Shown here in pieces: positions 8,764 through 19,224 of a DNA stretch of 64,000 nucleotides. The DNA lies in the IMG/VR virus record IMGVR_UViG_3300032116_000001, positions 314,849-378,848 of that record, one strand, 5' to 3'. A model generated the notes under the pieces. That model was not told the DNA's origin, did no database searches, and saw nothing but the letters and a program-made list of their open reading frames with translations. A program made the translations under genes and the position numbers. How positions within the stretch are numbered: position 1 is the stretch's first letter; each line of letters starts with the position of its first letter.

Positions 8764-9056
8764 TGCATATTTTAGATGATCTTGTTTTGGACACTGGGGT
8801 CACTGTATCACACCATGAAGCCAAAGAAGTAAGATTTGAAATGGGCACGGGGTCAATTAATGTGATCGTTGATAGCTGGCTTAATACCACGACACGGCAA
8901 GAAGAAAGACCATCTGTAATTTCAAGAATGTTATCTTTGGATTTCAACCCTCAAGACGTAGCTGATATGATTTATAATGCTGATGGGAACATAGCCCTGG
9001 CAGTCTACAATGCGCTTTTGATTGTGTATTTTGAGAATGGAACTTTGATTTTGTGA
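8763..9056 (+). CDS. hypothetical protein
   Basis: 97 aa ORF coupled to trxA (TAATG). Confidence 0.6.
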   Translation: MHILDDLVLDTGVTVSHHEAKEVRFEMGTGSINVIVDSWLNTTTRQEERPSVISRMLSLDFNPQDVADMIYNADGNIALAVYNALLIVYFENGTLIL

Positions 9057-9099
9057 AAATATAAAAACTTTTGCGTCTTCGCATTCGTATTATAATAAG

Positions 9100-9426
9100 A
9101 TGAAAAACCTGACAACATACAAAGAGGCTGTAGAAGAGGCTAATAAATTAAACGCTGAGTCCAAAAAATATTGGGAAGGTATTTCGTTTTGGGATATGCA
9201 CAAAAAGCGCAAAGAGGACCCATCGGCACCTTTTGAGGTATACCATGTACAGCAAGGCTTATATACTGCAAATGAAATTTGCGGCGATGTTTATTTGTCG
9301 ATCCCAGGTGCTCTAGCTGGAGATTCAAGAATCAGAAATGAAGACGGCACGCTTTATGTTGTGACCGAAGAAGAAAAGAATGAAAAAATTTGGTCTATTA
9401 TGGGAGATAATTATTCCGATTGGTAA
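9100..9426 (+). CDS. hypothetical protein
   Basis: ORF directly after the promoter motif at 9066. Confidence 0.65.
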   Translation: MKNLTTYKEAVEEANKLNAESKKYWEGISFWDMHKKRKEDPSAPFEVYHVQQGLYTANEICGDVYLSIPGALAGDSRIRNEDGTLYVVTEEEKNEKIWSIMGDNYSDW

Positions 9427-9460
9427 TCATTGTCTTTTGATTGTATAAGAAAAATCAACC

Positions 9461-9757
9461 ATGTCAGACCTTTATTCCATTGCCGTCGTCGGCCCTATGC
9501 TTGAATCAGAAATGTTTGATTTTCTTGAAAGTTCGGGTTTTAATAAGCGAGTTCATCAGTATATTTTGCATTATTGGGAACGTTTCACAAAGGATTTGAC
9601 GCCTGAACAATTAGACGAAGTTCGGGAATGGTGGGGGCCAGGATGGCCAGCACATTATCCCAGGGAAGTTCGAGGCTTGAGACAAGATTTCTATGACACC
9701 GCAAGCAAAGAGGCTCGGCAGGCAATCAGTTCTCTTATATCTTATGGATTGGGCTAA
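9461..9757 (+). CDS. hypothetical protein
   Basis: 98 aa ORF filling the intergenic space. Confidence 0.6.
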   Translation: MSDLYSIAVVGPMLESEMFDFLESSGFNKRVHQYILHYWERFTKDLTPEQLDEVREWWGPGWPAHYPREVRGLRQDFYDTASKEARQAISSLISYGLG

Positions 9758-9881
9758 AAAAATAAAAATCTGCAACTTTTATAATAAAAAAGGCGTATTA
9801 CATATAAGCCCGAACAAATTAGTGGCTTATAAGAGTTAACGAAATGAGCGACGATCACCATCACAGCACAAAACTTCATAT

Positions 9882-9956
9882 GGCGTCCGTAGCTCAATGG
9901 CAGAGCACCTGACTGTGGCTCAGGAAGCGCGGGTTCGATCCCCGTCGGACGCCCCA
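9882..9956 (+). tRNA. tRNA-His(GTG)
   Basis: G-1 plus GCGTCCG/CGGACGC-C-CCA, CCTGA-CTGTGGC-TCAGG. Confidence 0.96.
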
Positions 9957-9965
9957 AAAATCAAA

Positions 9966-10765
9966 ATGAGTATTAAAATTTATGATGGCTTTTTAATTAA
10001 GGCCAGTTCTTTACAAGAAATTACATCAATGCTAAAAGATTTCAAGTCGGAAGCTTTAGTATATGCCAAGAAAAAGGCTCAACAATACATAGCGAAAAAT
10101 GTTTTTCACGGCATTGATGAACATTTATTCATGCAAAAAGATGGCTCGCCTCCGTCGTATTCAGATTTTGTCTTGCAAACAGTTGAAAAATTAAATTTGC
10201 AAGAATCCACAAATTCACGCAACCCAAGCATTGATTATTCATTCCATATTTCTGTAGCTCCTTTGGATGAATCAAATTGTCTTGCAATCCCATTTTTTGA
10301 ACATTGTCACGATTACTCTGAATTGCTTGCTTCTATGCCTTGGCACATACCATATGGATACTGGAACAATACAGACCCCCCCCCGATGACATTGATCAAG
10401 ATGAATGGGACACCAGGCTTCAAAATTGGACTAAAATCTTGAGTCCTGAATGGGTTCCCTCAGAAACTATGTTTTCATTCACGATTGTCCCCGATAATTT
10501 CATTTTGTCCGCATGCCGATCCAGTCAAGAGCTTGTGCCTCATGCCCCATCAGATGAAGAAAGAATCGAGCACTTGTTATTTTTGGCGGTGGTAGACAAA
10601 GCAAGGGAACAATATATAAAAGAATATGCAAACTTTTATGAATTTCTCTGCTTTTTTGTTAAAGAATATTCTCCAGGCGGAACATTTTGGGAAATGAGAC
10701 AAGGTTTTCATGAAAGCGTCACAAATTATGTGTGCAGCCATCCTGTTGCTGAATTGGAAATTTAA
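9966..10765 (+). pseudogene. hypothetical protein split by a frameshift in a C9 run
   Basis: One frame reads ...YGYWNNTDPP and the other continues PDDIDQDEWDTR across C9 at 10376-10384. Confidence 0.7.
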
Positions 10766-10803
10766 TATATAACTTTTGTTTCATTAACCAATTTAATAGT
10801 ATC

Positions 10804-11901
10804 ATGATGCAACTTTTTGATACATCCATAGAACACATCCCGCATAGAATAGCACTAACTGGAGGCCCTCTCGCGGGCAAATCAACAGTTATGGAATTTC
10901 TTAGGCAAAATTATAGCCACAAAGCTGAATTTATGACCGAAGTTGCAAGTATGCTGCTTTCCAATGGGTATCCTCAACCAGGAAGAGATATTGATTATTC
11001 CGAATCGTGGCTTGATTATATCAATAAAGTTATTTTGCCTACACAATTAAACATGGAAAATGGCCATCTTCACGCGGCGCAAGCAAAAAAGAAACCAGTT
11101 ATTTTCTTTGATAGAGGGCTGCTTGACCCAGCTGCGTTTATGGACGGGGGCAAGCGGGTTCTTGTGGAAAAATATGGCCTAAACCTCGAAGCCCTTCATC
11201 ATAGGTACAGCATGGTAATCCATATTGAGTCACTTGCCTGCATAAATCCTGATGCGTATAATCAGCTTCAAGGCACTAATCCGTCTAGATACGATACGGC
11301 AGAAACTGCCATTCAAAGAGACAAAGCTCTTATAGAAGCATGGAAAGATCACCCAAATTGGCACTTTGTTAGTGCGGAGGGAGGTATTGATGCTGTTCTT
11401 CAGCGAGTTATTGACTTACTCGCTCCGATCTTGGACGTAGAAATTGAGCGGAAATGGATTGTCACTTCCGAGGCAGCCTCATTTATTGCTGAATTACCAT
11501 CCGAAAAAGTTAAGCAATACTATTTAAGACTGCCTCGCGAACAAACTGAATTGCGGTTAAGAAAGATTGGTGATAAACATTTTATTACAGCCAAAAGTGG
11601 CAAGGGCTTTAAAAGAACTGAATGGGAACAATTAATTCCGTCACATGTTTTTGACTTTTTGGTTGTCCCTAGCATGCCGCACATTTCAAAAACTCGTCAT
11701 TACATGTGGCATGATGACCACAAATTAGAAATTGATGTTTATGATCGGCCAGAGGGATTAATTACGATTGAATGTGAATTTAACAGTGAACATGATGCTA
11801 ATAAATTTAAACTACCAGATGTTTTCCATGGTTGTTCAAAAGATGTAACAGATGTCCTCGAATACAAAAACTATTATCTGGCGATGGCTAATAGCCCCTA
11901 G
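10804..11901 (+). CDS. AAA (NadR/Ttd14-like) ATPase-CYTH fusion
   Basis: TGGPLAGKST, FFDRG; C-terminal EIERKW, LRLRK, EIDVY, IECEF. Confidence 0.8.
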   Translation: MMQLFDTSIEHIPHRIALTGGPLAGKSTVMEFLRQNYSHKAEFMTEVASMLLSNGYPQPGRDIDYSESWLDYINKVILPTQLNMENGHLHAAQAKKKPVIFFDRGLLDPAAFMDGGKRVLVEKYGLNLEALHHRYSMVIHIESLACINPDAYNQLQGTNPSRYDTAETAIQRDKALIEAWKDHPNWHFVSAEGGIDAVLQRVIDLLAPILDVEIERKWIVTSEAASFIAELPSEKVKQYYLRLPREQTELRLRKIGDKHFITAKSGKGFKRTEWEQLIPSHVFDFLVVPSMPHISKTRHYMWHDDHKLEIDVYDRPEGLITIECEFNSEHDANKFKLPDVFHGCSKDVTDVLEYKNYYLAMANSP

Positions 11902-11942
11902 TAGCAACTTTACTTTGATTCAAACCGTATTAAAGTAAAGTT

Positions 11943-12332
11943 ATGTTATTTGTAGCGTTGATACCAATTGTTATTTCTGCAGTGTTATTTATTGTTGCCC
12001 TGTTTAAGATTTACCACCCGATTTATAAGAATATTGATCATGCCATTGGTTGCATTGTTTTTGGCGCGGCAATTGGATTTATGTCCATTTTGTTTCCCGC
12101 CCGTAGTCAATGGACAGAAGTCAAAAATTTCAATGTTGTTCGTGGGGAAAAATTTGTAGTTGTTGAAATTGAAAATGAAAGAAAAATTTACACAAATTTA
12201 ATGGTTGTGAATGGAATAGATGACGTTAAAACAATCTATGTTTTAAGAACGGTAAATATATGGAATTCAATGGCAGTAGAAAATTGGTATTTTGAAAAAG
12301 ATGTCAATGCTTTGATCGAGGAGGCAGAATGA
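11943..12332 (+). CDS. hypothetical membrane protein
   Basis: Two N-terminal hydrophobic segments; promoter motif at 11906. Confidence 0.65.
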   Translation: MLFVALIPIVISAVLFIVALFKIYHPIYKNIDHAIGCIVFGAAIGFMSILFPARSQWTEVKNFNVVRGEKFVVVEIENERKIYTNLMVVNGIDDVKTIYVLRTVNIWNSMAVENWYFEKDVNALIEEAE

Positions 12333-13216
12333 AGCTTATTTCTAACGTTGACCGCTCTGTTAATTTTGTTGAAGAGTCTTTACAGGGCTTTCTAGAAAGC
12401 CGATATGTTCGCAAGACAAGAGATTATTTCATTTGTTATCTATCATCGGCTTCTGCGTGCAACCTTGGTTGCCGTATGTGTCACCTCACGGCGACCAAGC
12501 AAACGAAAACAACATATACCCTTCCTGTAGATTATTTAAATCAGGCAAGCAAGGTTCTTAAACACTATCAGCAAGATGGAGAAAAAGCCGATTATATACA
12601 CTATAATTTCATGGCTCGGGGAGAGGCCATGGCGAATCCTTACATGCTCAGTGAGGCTGATTCAATTTTGTATGATCTTGGCAAATTGGCAACATCATTT
12701 CAGCCCGATCTTGGAGTTAAATTTAACATATCCACGATCATGCCCAAATCACTTGATCGTCCGTTAAAACAAGTTTTCCGCGTGGTGCATCCCACGATTT
12801 ATTATTCACTTTATTCTGTTCGAGAAGATTTTCGCAAGAAATGGTTACCGCAAGCGATGCCAATCGACAAGGCTTTATCCATGTTGAAAGAATATCAAGA
12901 CTTCTCTAAGAAAAAAATAAAAATTCATCATTGCTTCATTGCTGGTGAGAATGATAGCGAGGCTGATGTAGAAAGTATGCTATACGCACTAGAGAGACAT
13001 AATCTAGACGTTGAGTTTAATCTCGTGCGTTATAATCCATATTCTGAGGTTCAAGGAGCAGAATCGTCAGATGAAGTGATCACAAGAAATATACAGATGA
13101 TTGATTCAGCTTTGCGAGGAAAAGTTCAAATAATTCCAAGAGTTGGCCCTGATGTTCATGCGTCTTGTGGCACTTTTTATGAATCAGAAAAGAATGAAAC
13201 TTTCCGTTCAGTATAA
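12329..13216 (+). CDS. RlmN/Cfr-like radical SAM RNA methyltransferase
   Basis: CYLSSASACNLGCRMC (CxxxCxxC with upstream Cys), FMARGE, FNLVRYNP, ASCG. Confidence 0.85.
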   Translation: MKLISNVDRSVNFVEESLQGFLESRYVRKTRDYFICYLSSASACNLGCRMCHLTATKQTKTTYTLPVDYLNQASKVLKHYQQDGEKADYIHYNFMARGEAMANPYMLSEADSILYDLGKLATSFQPDLGVKFNISTIMPKSLDRPLKQVFRVVHPTIYYSLYSVREDFRKKWLPQAMPIDKALSMLKEYQDFSKKKIKIHHCFIAGENDSEADVESMLYALERHNLDVEFNLVRYNPYSEVQGAESSDEVITRNIQMIDSALRGKVQIIPRVGPDVHASCGTFYESEKNETFRSV

Positions 13217-13231
13217 AATTCTTTGAAATAC

Positions 13232-14338
13232 TTAAACAGGAGTTAATTCATCCCATAATTTCCAATAAGGTCCAAATGGGATATATGGCTTAAAATCAAA
13301 CATAAACTGGCGAAGTTCTCTCCAAAGCATCCAGAATTCATTGGCTTTTTCCGCAGACCATTTATTTTCGTAATCTAAGATATCATTAAGGGCCTGATTA
13401 TATTCCTTGTTGAGTGGGTGCTTTGTGTCAAAAATATATTTATTTCCGTGTGCTTCGGCCTTCGCCTGCCACATTTGATTGAAATCATTACTTCTTGTCA
13501 TTTGCATGATTGCTGATTCGCGTAAATCTTCCATCGCTGCATCTATTTCTGATATTTTTTGTGCAAATGGCTCCACAGATGAACTTCCGCCAAGATAATC
13601 ATCTCGTATCACTTTGAAAGTAGGTATGATTCTTTGCAAAAAGTAGCGTTGCATTTCTTCAGCGGCAAATGCAATACCCTGAGAATGATCCAGCTGGTGA
13701 CCGTGAAATTCTCTGAAATTTTCTCTCTTCTCATGAGGATTGATAACGGGGTCTTCTTGGGGAGGCGGTGGGTCCCAGGTTTTGACTTTGATTGCATGAA
13801 TTCCATAAGGAGTCAGGTCTAATTCTTCCCCATTGGCAAAGGCTTTGCCCATCGCCTCTAAGGCCTGATCTAATCTAACGTCTCTGTTAAGTTCATTCAA
13901 ATCGTAATCATCTTGCTCCGAAGAAGATGCTTTCCGTTTACCAAAATTATTGTTTAAAACACTTAGGTCAACAATTTCCATAGTTGAGCCATCGGGGTCA
14001 GTTGTAATAATACCATCATAGCCATCTGCGATCAGAGCATTTGAAAGCTCTAAGCCAGTTTTATTATATCGGTCACGAAGTACTTGCTTCCAATTGTCTT
14101 TATCACTATACCCGCCTTGGCCCCAAGGAATGATTAAGGGATTGGTAAATTCAATTTCTCCGTGCTCCCAGCCCTCAACAGGAGAAGTGCCTTCCTCGAT
14201 CTTTGTTACATATTTCCCATGTGGCTCAATATCTTGGCCATATGTATCTTTAAAATCAGGTGCGCTAATAGGATTCCGCTGGTACCTAATTTTGTAAGTA
14301 TCTTTCTTTTGCTCTGACTGTGCCTTTTTATACCACAT
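13232..14338 (-). CDS. MWY-tagged protein, ART-PolyVal-like N-terminal domain
   Basis: Starts MWYKKAQ; NPL...ADGYDGII...EIVDL pattern. Confidence 0.6.
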   Translation of the reverse strand: MWYKKAQSEQKKDTYKIRYQRNPISAPDFKDTYGQDIEPHGKYVTKIEEGTSPVEGWEHGEIEFTNPLIIPWGQGGYSDKDNWKQVLRDRYNKTGLELSNALIADGYDGIITTDPDGSTMEIVDLSVLNNNFGKRKASSSEQDDYDLNELNRDVRLDQALEAMGKAFANGEELDLTPYGIHAIKVKTWDPPPPQEDPVINPHEKRENFREFHGHQLDHSQGIAFAAEEMQRYFLQRIIPTFKVIRDDYLGGSSSVEPFAQKISEIDAAMEDLRESAIMQMTRSNDFNQMWQAKAEAHGNKYIFDTKHPLNKEYNQALNDILDYENKWSAEKANEFWMLWRELRQFMFDFKPYIPFGPYWKLWDELTPV

Positions 14339-14341
14339 GTG

Positions 14342-16909
14342 TTATCCTCCTTCGTATTTGTAATATGGATTTGCAGGTCTCCGACGAACACTGACTTCTT
14401 CAGAAGAATCTGGCCCTATGCTTTCTCTAAGCACCTTGCCAGTTTCTATGTCATCAATAGAAACTGGCCCAATGTATTTTCGGGGATTGTGAGACTCAAT
14501 GTAAAACTGCATTCTCTCAGCATCATCACCATAGGCATCATACAATCCTCTTGCTATTTCTTGAAGTGATGCTTTGTTCAGGTTATATGTTTCGACATGC
14601 TTGCCCTGCACCCGATGCCAACCAAAATTTTTAAGGGCGTATGTTCTGGGATCGCGAAAACCATCCCAGTCTTTATCCATTTGTTCACGCGCTTCTTTGG
14701 GGTCTAATTTAGGGTTTTGTTTGAGTTTTTTCCAAAGCAAGTATTCATACAGGTCTGCATCTTCATGGGCGTTTTCAATCGCATCTCCATTTCCATTGTG
14801 AATACTTGTTAAATGCTGATTATAATCATCTAAGTCCCTAATATTATTTCTGAAAATATCATACGCATGCTCCCTTGTTATTGGCCACTCAGAATGATTT
14901 TCTATGTCAAAGCCAAGTCTATTGAGCATTTCCTCTTCGGCCAACATTTCATGATTAATATCGCCAACATCACCGTCTGCATAAACAGCCTCGCCGTCTT
15001 TTAGCCACCATTCGTTAGCTGTGCGTTGCATTGACGTCACTCTTGTCATCAACTGATCTGCCATGCGATACATACCCTTCTTATCACATGCGCTTGATAA
15101 AATCAACATTGATTGAATCTGATTGTAAAGGCTCCTCGGGATTTTATTTGCTTGGCGCAATTGTTTTCTTTTCGAATATTTCCATGTGCCATCGAATTTT
15201 TGATCAAACTTTGGATCATTCATATCCTGATCGCTTAAATCGTCAACGTGCGTAAATAATTTGGGGTAATCAGCAGAATTGATTTTCTTTATTTCAAGCA
15301 GTATTGGCAGTTGTTGGTATCCAGTTAATTCTTCAAACAAAGACATATATTCGTCATCTATAGACTCGCCCAACTGTGATTGGATTTCCATATCCAAGCC
15401 GTATGGAAGTGTACTGGTGATATATTGTTGATGTTCGGGGTTTGAATAAAGCTCAGCGGTGTTAATTCGATATTCTTTTTTATATTCATCAATACTTTTA
15501 ATCGAATTATCATAAAGTGTTTTTACATTTGAAGTGTTCATCCACCAATATATCCCACGTTCTTTATTGCTCTTGCTTTCCCAATCAGCAAAGTTTAATG
15601 CAAAGGGTTTGTGAATTTCATCTGGGTTTGCTATCATAGCAGACATATTTGCAATGTCAGATTTCATAGCAACTTCGATCATGGTTTTTGCAACGACATC
15701 CATGTTATTTGTGTACTTTATGTTTGTTGGCACTTGCTTTCGGGTTGTGGGGTCCCATTGCACATCAGTCAAGGCCTCGGAAACATTTTCGTATATTGTC
15801 TCAATGTCATTGTGTCTTATGTCTTTTTCAACTTGTTTATAAGGGATTCCATAATCATCATCTACAACATCCTCGTCGTAATGAGCCCCGTAAGCGCTAT
15901 CATATATTCCTGCCACAATAGATTCAATTTCCTTGCTACTACCCCAATCAATTTCTTCTTCAAAGGGGCTTTGGCTCGACCATTCTGCGTCACCTAGATC
16001 ACCGAACCACTCAGAAATTCGCTCCCGATCTTTTGAATCAGGGGTTTTATTACCAAATCCCTTAATCTGTAGGATTGTATTGGTTTTTCCGTCCATTTCT
16101 ATTGTTACGTGCGGCTTGTTGTCTGGGCTTCTGAGTGAAAATATTCTAATATCTCCTCTTTCTACTTGATAACAATAAGAACCAACGCAGTGAGACATTT
16201 GATTGCCCTCTACAGCTAGGTCATTCTTATTTGTCACCATGGTCATAAACCATCCGTCTTCCCATTGATACACTACACGCTCGTCAATAATTTCTCCATT
16301 TTCGTCTCTTTTTAATGGCGTGTAAATTTTACCTTCACCTTTACCAGCTATCATCTGATGCCAATCGTTTGATTTCTCAAGTGCTTGAGAGAGGTTATAG
16401 CTCGTGATGTCTAGCCGTGGTGTTTCAATTTTTTGATTACGATACCAGTCGTATATTTCCCCAAAAAGATTGTTGAAATTTTCATACACACCTTGACTAT
16501 TCAAATTAGTAAACAATCTGTAAACGTATCCGCCATTTTCATCGGGCTCTAATCTTAACTTTCTTAATTGAGTTAAGGCCCATTTTTGAAACAAATCATC
16601 GTATCTAGCCACGAGTTGTAATTCCATCGGAGTCCACGATGTTGCTTTGGACTGGGGTACAAAAACAGATTGTTCAAGTGTATTCCAATCGAGGCTTGGG
16701 TCTTGGTTCAATCTGTTGACATAAATGGGCAGCTTGTCTTGTGGTAAATGCTTTAAATTTTCAATCACATCTGCTTTTGTTCCGCGAGCTTGCAAGTTGT
16801 CAATTAATTCTTGCAGACCAGCCACAATAACACGACCAAGCCTCATAGGCTTTGCGTCAGATGTTTTGTTTGCGCCAAGGACGCGAGAAAATTTAAAACT
16901 ATGCTTCAT
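14342..16909 (-). CDS. large multidomain protein with PcfJ-like domain
   Basis: DLAVEGNQMSHCVGSYC...IFSLR...PHVTIE; internal helical tag LSSACDKKGMYRMADQL. Confidence 0.7.
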   Translation of the reverse strand: MKHSFKFSRVLGANKTSDAKPMRLGRVIVAGLQELIDNLQARGTKADVIENLKHLPQDKLPIYVNRLNQDPSLDWNTLEQSVFVPQSKATSWTPMELQLVARYDDLFQKWALTQLRKLRLEPDENGGYVYRLFTNLNSQGVYENFNNLFGEIYDWYRNQKIETPRLDITSYNLSQALEKSNDWHQMIAGKGEGKIYTPLKRDENGEIIDERVVYQWEDGWFMTMVTNKNDLAVEGNQMSHCVGSYCYQVERGDIRIFSLRSPDNKPHVTIEMDGKTNTILQIKGFGNKTPDSKDRERISEWFGDLGDAEWSSQSPFEEEIDWGSSKEIESIVAGIYDSAYGAHYDEDVVDDDYGIPYKQVEKDIRHNDIETIYENVSEALTDVQWDPTTRKQVPTNIKYTNNMDVVAKTMIEVAMKSDIANMSAMIANPDEIHKPFALNFADWESKSNKERGIYWWMNTSNVKTLYDNSIKSIDEYKKEYRINTAELYSNPEHQQYITSTLPYGLDMEIQSQLGESIDDEYMSLFEELTGYQQLPILLEIKKINSADYPKLFTHVDDLSDQDMNDPKFDQKFDGTWKYSKRKQLRQANKIPRSLYNQIQSMLILSSACDKKGMYRMADQLMTRVTSMQRTANEWWLKDGEAVYADGDVGDINHEMLAEEEMLNRLGFDIENHSEWPITREHAYDIFRNNIRDLDDYNQHLTSIHNGNGDAIENAHEDADLYEYLLWKKLKQNPKLDPKEAREQMDKDWDGFRDPRTYALKNFGWHRVQGKHVETYNLNKASLQEIARGLYDAYGDDAERMQFYIESHNPRKYIGPVSIDDIETGKVLRESIGPDSSEEVSVRRRPANPYYKYEGG

Positions 16910-17883
16910 GAGATATTCGATTTGCCCCCAGCTTTATCTGTGTATGTTGTGGTTTTTGGCTTCTTTCCATCGCCAGGCTCACGTTCCTTTCGCGATTTTT
17001 GCTTCATGCGCTCTTTGCGCTCCTTGTCAGACAGGCTTTTGGCTTTATTAGCGGGTGTGCAAACGGGCTTTTTGCCTTTGCTACTATCACTTCTGCCGCA
17101 TTCTTCGTAGCCACCATCTTTTTTTGGTCGCCGTACATCCACCCACTTTTCGTTCTTAAACCAATCGTCTAAACCACCGTGGTTTTTGGCATATTTGTTG
17201 GTTATTAAATCTATAGCATCCGCAAGGTGGTGTTTGCCATAGCAATCGGCTGCCTGCGCAGTTTTTGCTAATTCATCTGACACGAAAGTGACATCATCGT
17301 TGTCGTCGTCATCGCCGTACCATTCCGTGCGTCGTTTTGCAGCCTTGTCAAAAGCGCCAAGACAATCACTTAAATATTCAGCTAATATAAAATCAGGCGT
17401 ATCACTGTTGTTTTCTAGAGAAAATGAATTAATTAGGCTTTCAAGTTCTTTTCGGAAGGATTTATGATCGTTAGCTTCTTTAATGTCGTCGTCTGATTCC
17501 TGATCCCACTCTGATTGTGGTACTAAATTGATAATTTGAAATCCGACATCTGGCAATTCAAATGCAATGTGATTAGCGTCAATAGCTGCAGGAGCGTTCA
17601 TTGCTTCATCAGGCATAGAATCAATAAATTCACCGATAGTGATCCATTCTTTTGAATCCCAATTTCCTTTCGGGTCTACGCGATAAAGATTTGAGTCATA
17701 ATTGTTTAAAGCGTCTTCCAAGGTCATTTCGGACTCTATGACATCTTTGTGTTCCAAAAGTGATTTATTTTCTTTGGCAACACGAATAAACACATCATGA
17801 AGAGATGATGCTTCATGATGTAAACCAAGCCCTTCAATCAAAGACGCAGTTTGATGAATTTTTGCAAGCAAATTTTGATTCAT
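16906..17883 (-). CDS. phage protein with two helical tags and a basic C-terminal module
   Basis: TASLIEGLGLHHEASSLHDVFIRVAK; GGLDDWFKNEKWVDV...CGR...PVCTP. Confidence 0.7.
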   Translation of the reverse strand: MNQNLLAKIHQTASLIEGLGLHHEASSLHDVFIRVAKENKSLLEHKDVIESEMTLEDALNNYDSNLYRVDPKGNWDSKEWITIGEFIDSMPDEAMNAPAAIDANHIAFELPDVGFQIINLVPQSEWDQESDDDIKEANDHKSFRKELESLINSFSLENNSDTPDFILAEYLSDCLGAFDKAAKRRTEWYGDDDDNDDVTFVSDELAKTAQAADCYGKHHLADAIDLITNKYAKNHGGLDDWFKNEKWVDVRRPKKDGGYEECGRSDSSKGKKPVCTPANKAKSLSDKERKERMKQKSRKEREPGDGKKPKTTTYTDKAGGKSNIS

Positions 17884-17884
17884 T

Positions 17885-18451
17885 TTATTTACCCGTCATG
17901 TCCCCGACTGTTTTGCCTGCTTCCCACATTCGGCAAGACCAATATCTTGCCTTTGTCTTTGGGCCAGGATTATCACAATTATGTCGGGCGCGGAAGTTCT
18001 TTCGGCGCTCAGGATTGTCTCTTTTAATATCAGTCGTTGGATCGCCGAAATTAACTTTTTTAACCTTATCACCATCTTTGACATAGACAGAGAATTTTTT
18101 AGGCCCATCTGGGGTGCGAAAAGGCTTGTTTAGTGGTTTGTTGGACTTTGCCTGAGCTTCTCTTTGTGGAGATTTTTCCAATTTGATAATTTTATCAAAA
18201 TAACCAATGTCAATAAGCCGAGGGTCATCAATGTATTTTTCCACCGCATCATTAAACTCGGCTCTTGCTTCATAGTGTAGTGTTTCCACGTTTTCTTCAA
18301 AATCAAGCTCTTCTAACTCTTTTGAAGATGACCTTTGATTAGTTGTGTTGACATTTGCTATCCGACTCAAAACATCAGTAAGGATATCAGCTTCTTCGTG
18401 CAGGCCTAGTTTGTCCAATTCGTGTGCCACTTGAGCAATCTTTTTCAGCAT
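17885..18451 (-). CDS. helical-tag phage protein
   Basis: Start MLKKIAQVAHELDKLGLHEEADIL (ATG 18451); C-terminal VNFGDP...RRKNFRARHNC...ARYWSC module. Confidence 0.75.
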   Translation of the reverse strand: MLKKIAQVAHELDKLGLHEEADILTDVLSRIANVNTTNQRSSSKELEELDFEENVETLHYEARAEFNDAVEKYIDDPRLIDIGYFDKIIKLEKSPQREAQAKSNKPLNKPFRTPDGPKKFSVYVKDGDKVKKVNFGDPTTDIKRDNPERRKNFRARHNCDNPGPKTKARYWSCRMWEAGKTVGDMTGK

Positions 18452-18452
18452 A

Positions 18453-19019
18453 TTAGTCCTCTTTTTTCCACTTACCGCCCTTAGCCTTGTATCGCTTACT
18501 TGCAGCCCCGAGTGCATAAGCTGATGGCCAGACGTCGTATTTGTCCTTGGCCCAATTTTTGCAGCTTTCCCAAAGCTCAGGATTAGTGGGGATATTTTCT
18601 TTTTCTTTAGTCTTGGCAACTCGAATAAAAACTTCATGCATTTGTGATGCTTCAGCTGTCATACCCCGATCCTCAAGCTCTTCAGTGATTTGAGAAATCT
18701 TTGTAAGGACGCTGGCCACAGCACTAGTTGTAATGTTTTCTTCATCTTCTTCGTCGTCGCTCTGCAGGTTGTCTTCAAGTTCAAAATAACGTCTTAAAAT
18801 TAACAATTCTTTTCTTAACTGATCTATTTCTTCGGGATCGTAGATTCCGCGATCAAGCCCCTGTAAACACTGATCGACTTCCATCATTCCTTCCCAGGGA
18901 TAATGTGCCACACCTGTTGACGCAAAAGAGTACAATGCAGAACCTTGACCGCCATGCCAATCACTTGCAATGCGGCGAAGTTCCCCGATGCTATATCCAC
19001 TAATATCAATTTCACCCAT
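18453..19019 (-). CDS. helical-tag phage protein
   Basis: DWHGGQGSALY domain, ITEELEDRGMTAEASQM tag, WPSAYA...YKAKGGKWK module. Confidence 0.75.
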   Translation of the reverse strand: MGEIDISGYSIGELRRIASDWHGGQGSALYSFASTGVAHYPWEGMMEVDQCLQGLDRGIYDPEEIDQLRKELLILRRYFELEDNLQSDDEEDEENITTSAVASVLTKISQITEELEDRGMTAEASQMHEVFIRVAKTKEKENIPTNPELWESCKNWAKDKYDVWPSAYALGAASKRYKAKGGKWKKED

Positions 19020-19224
19020 GATAATTCTTTTTTACACTCTTTGAATCTCTTTCCCTGTTTTGTCGATGCTCATTGTAGGTTCAATTTCATTTAAAAAAAA
19101 CTTTTTTTGAAAAAAGACAAAAAAGCTGCAACATTTTCTTTGGCCAATCGTTATAAGTAGTGTAAGACGAATTGAAAAGAGCCAAAACGATCTGAAAAGC
19201 AAATTGAAAATTTTATAGAGGTTT

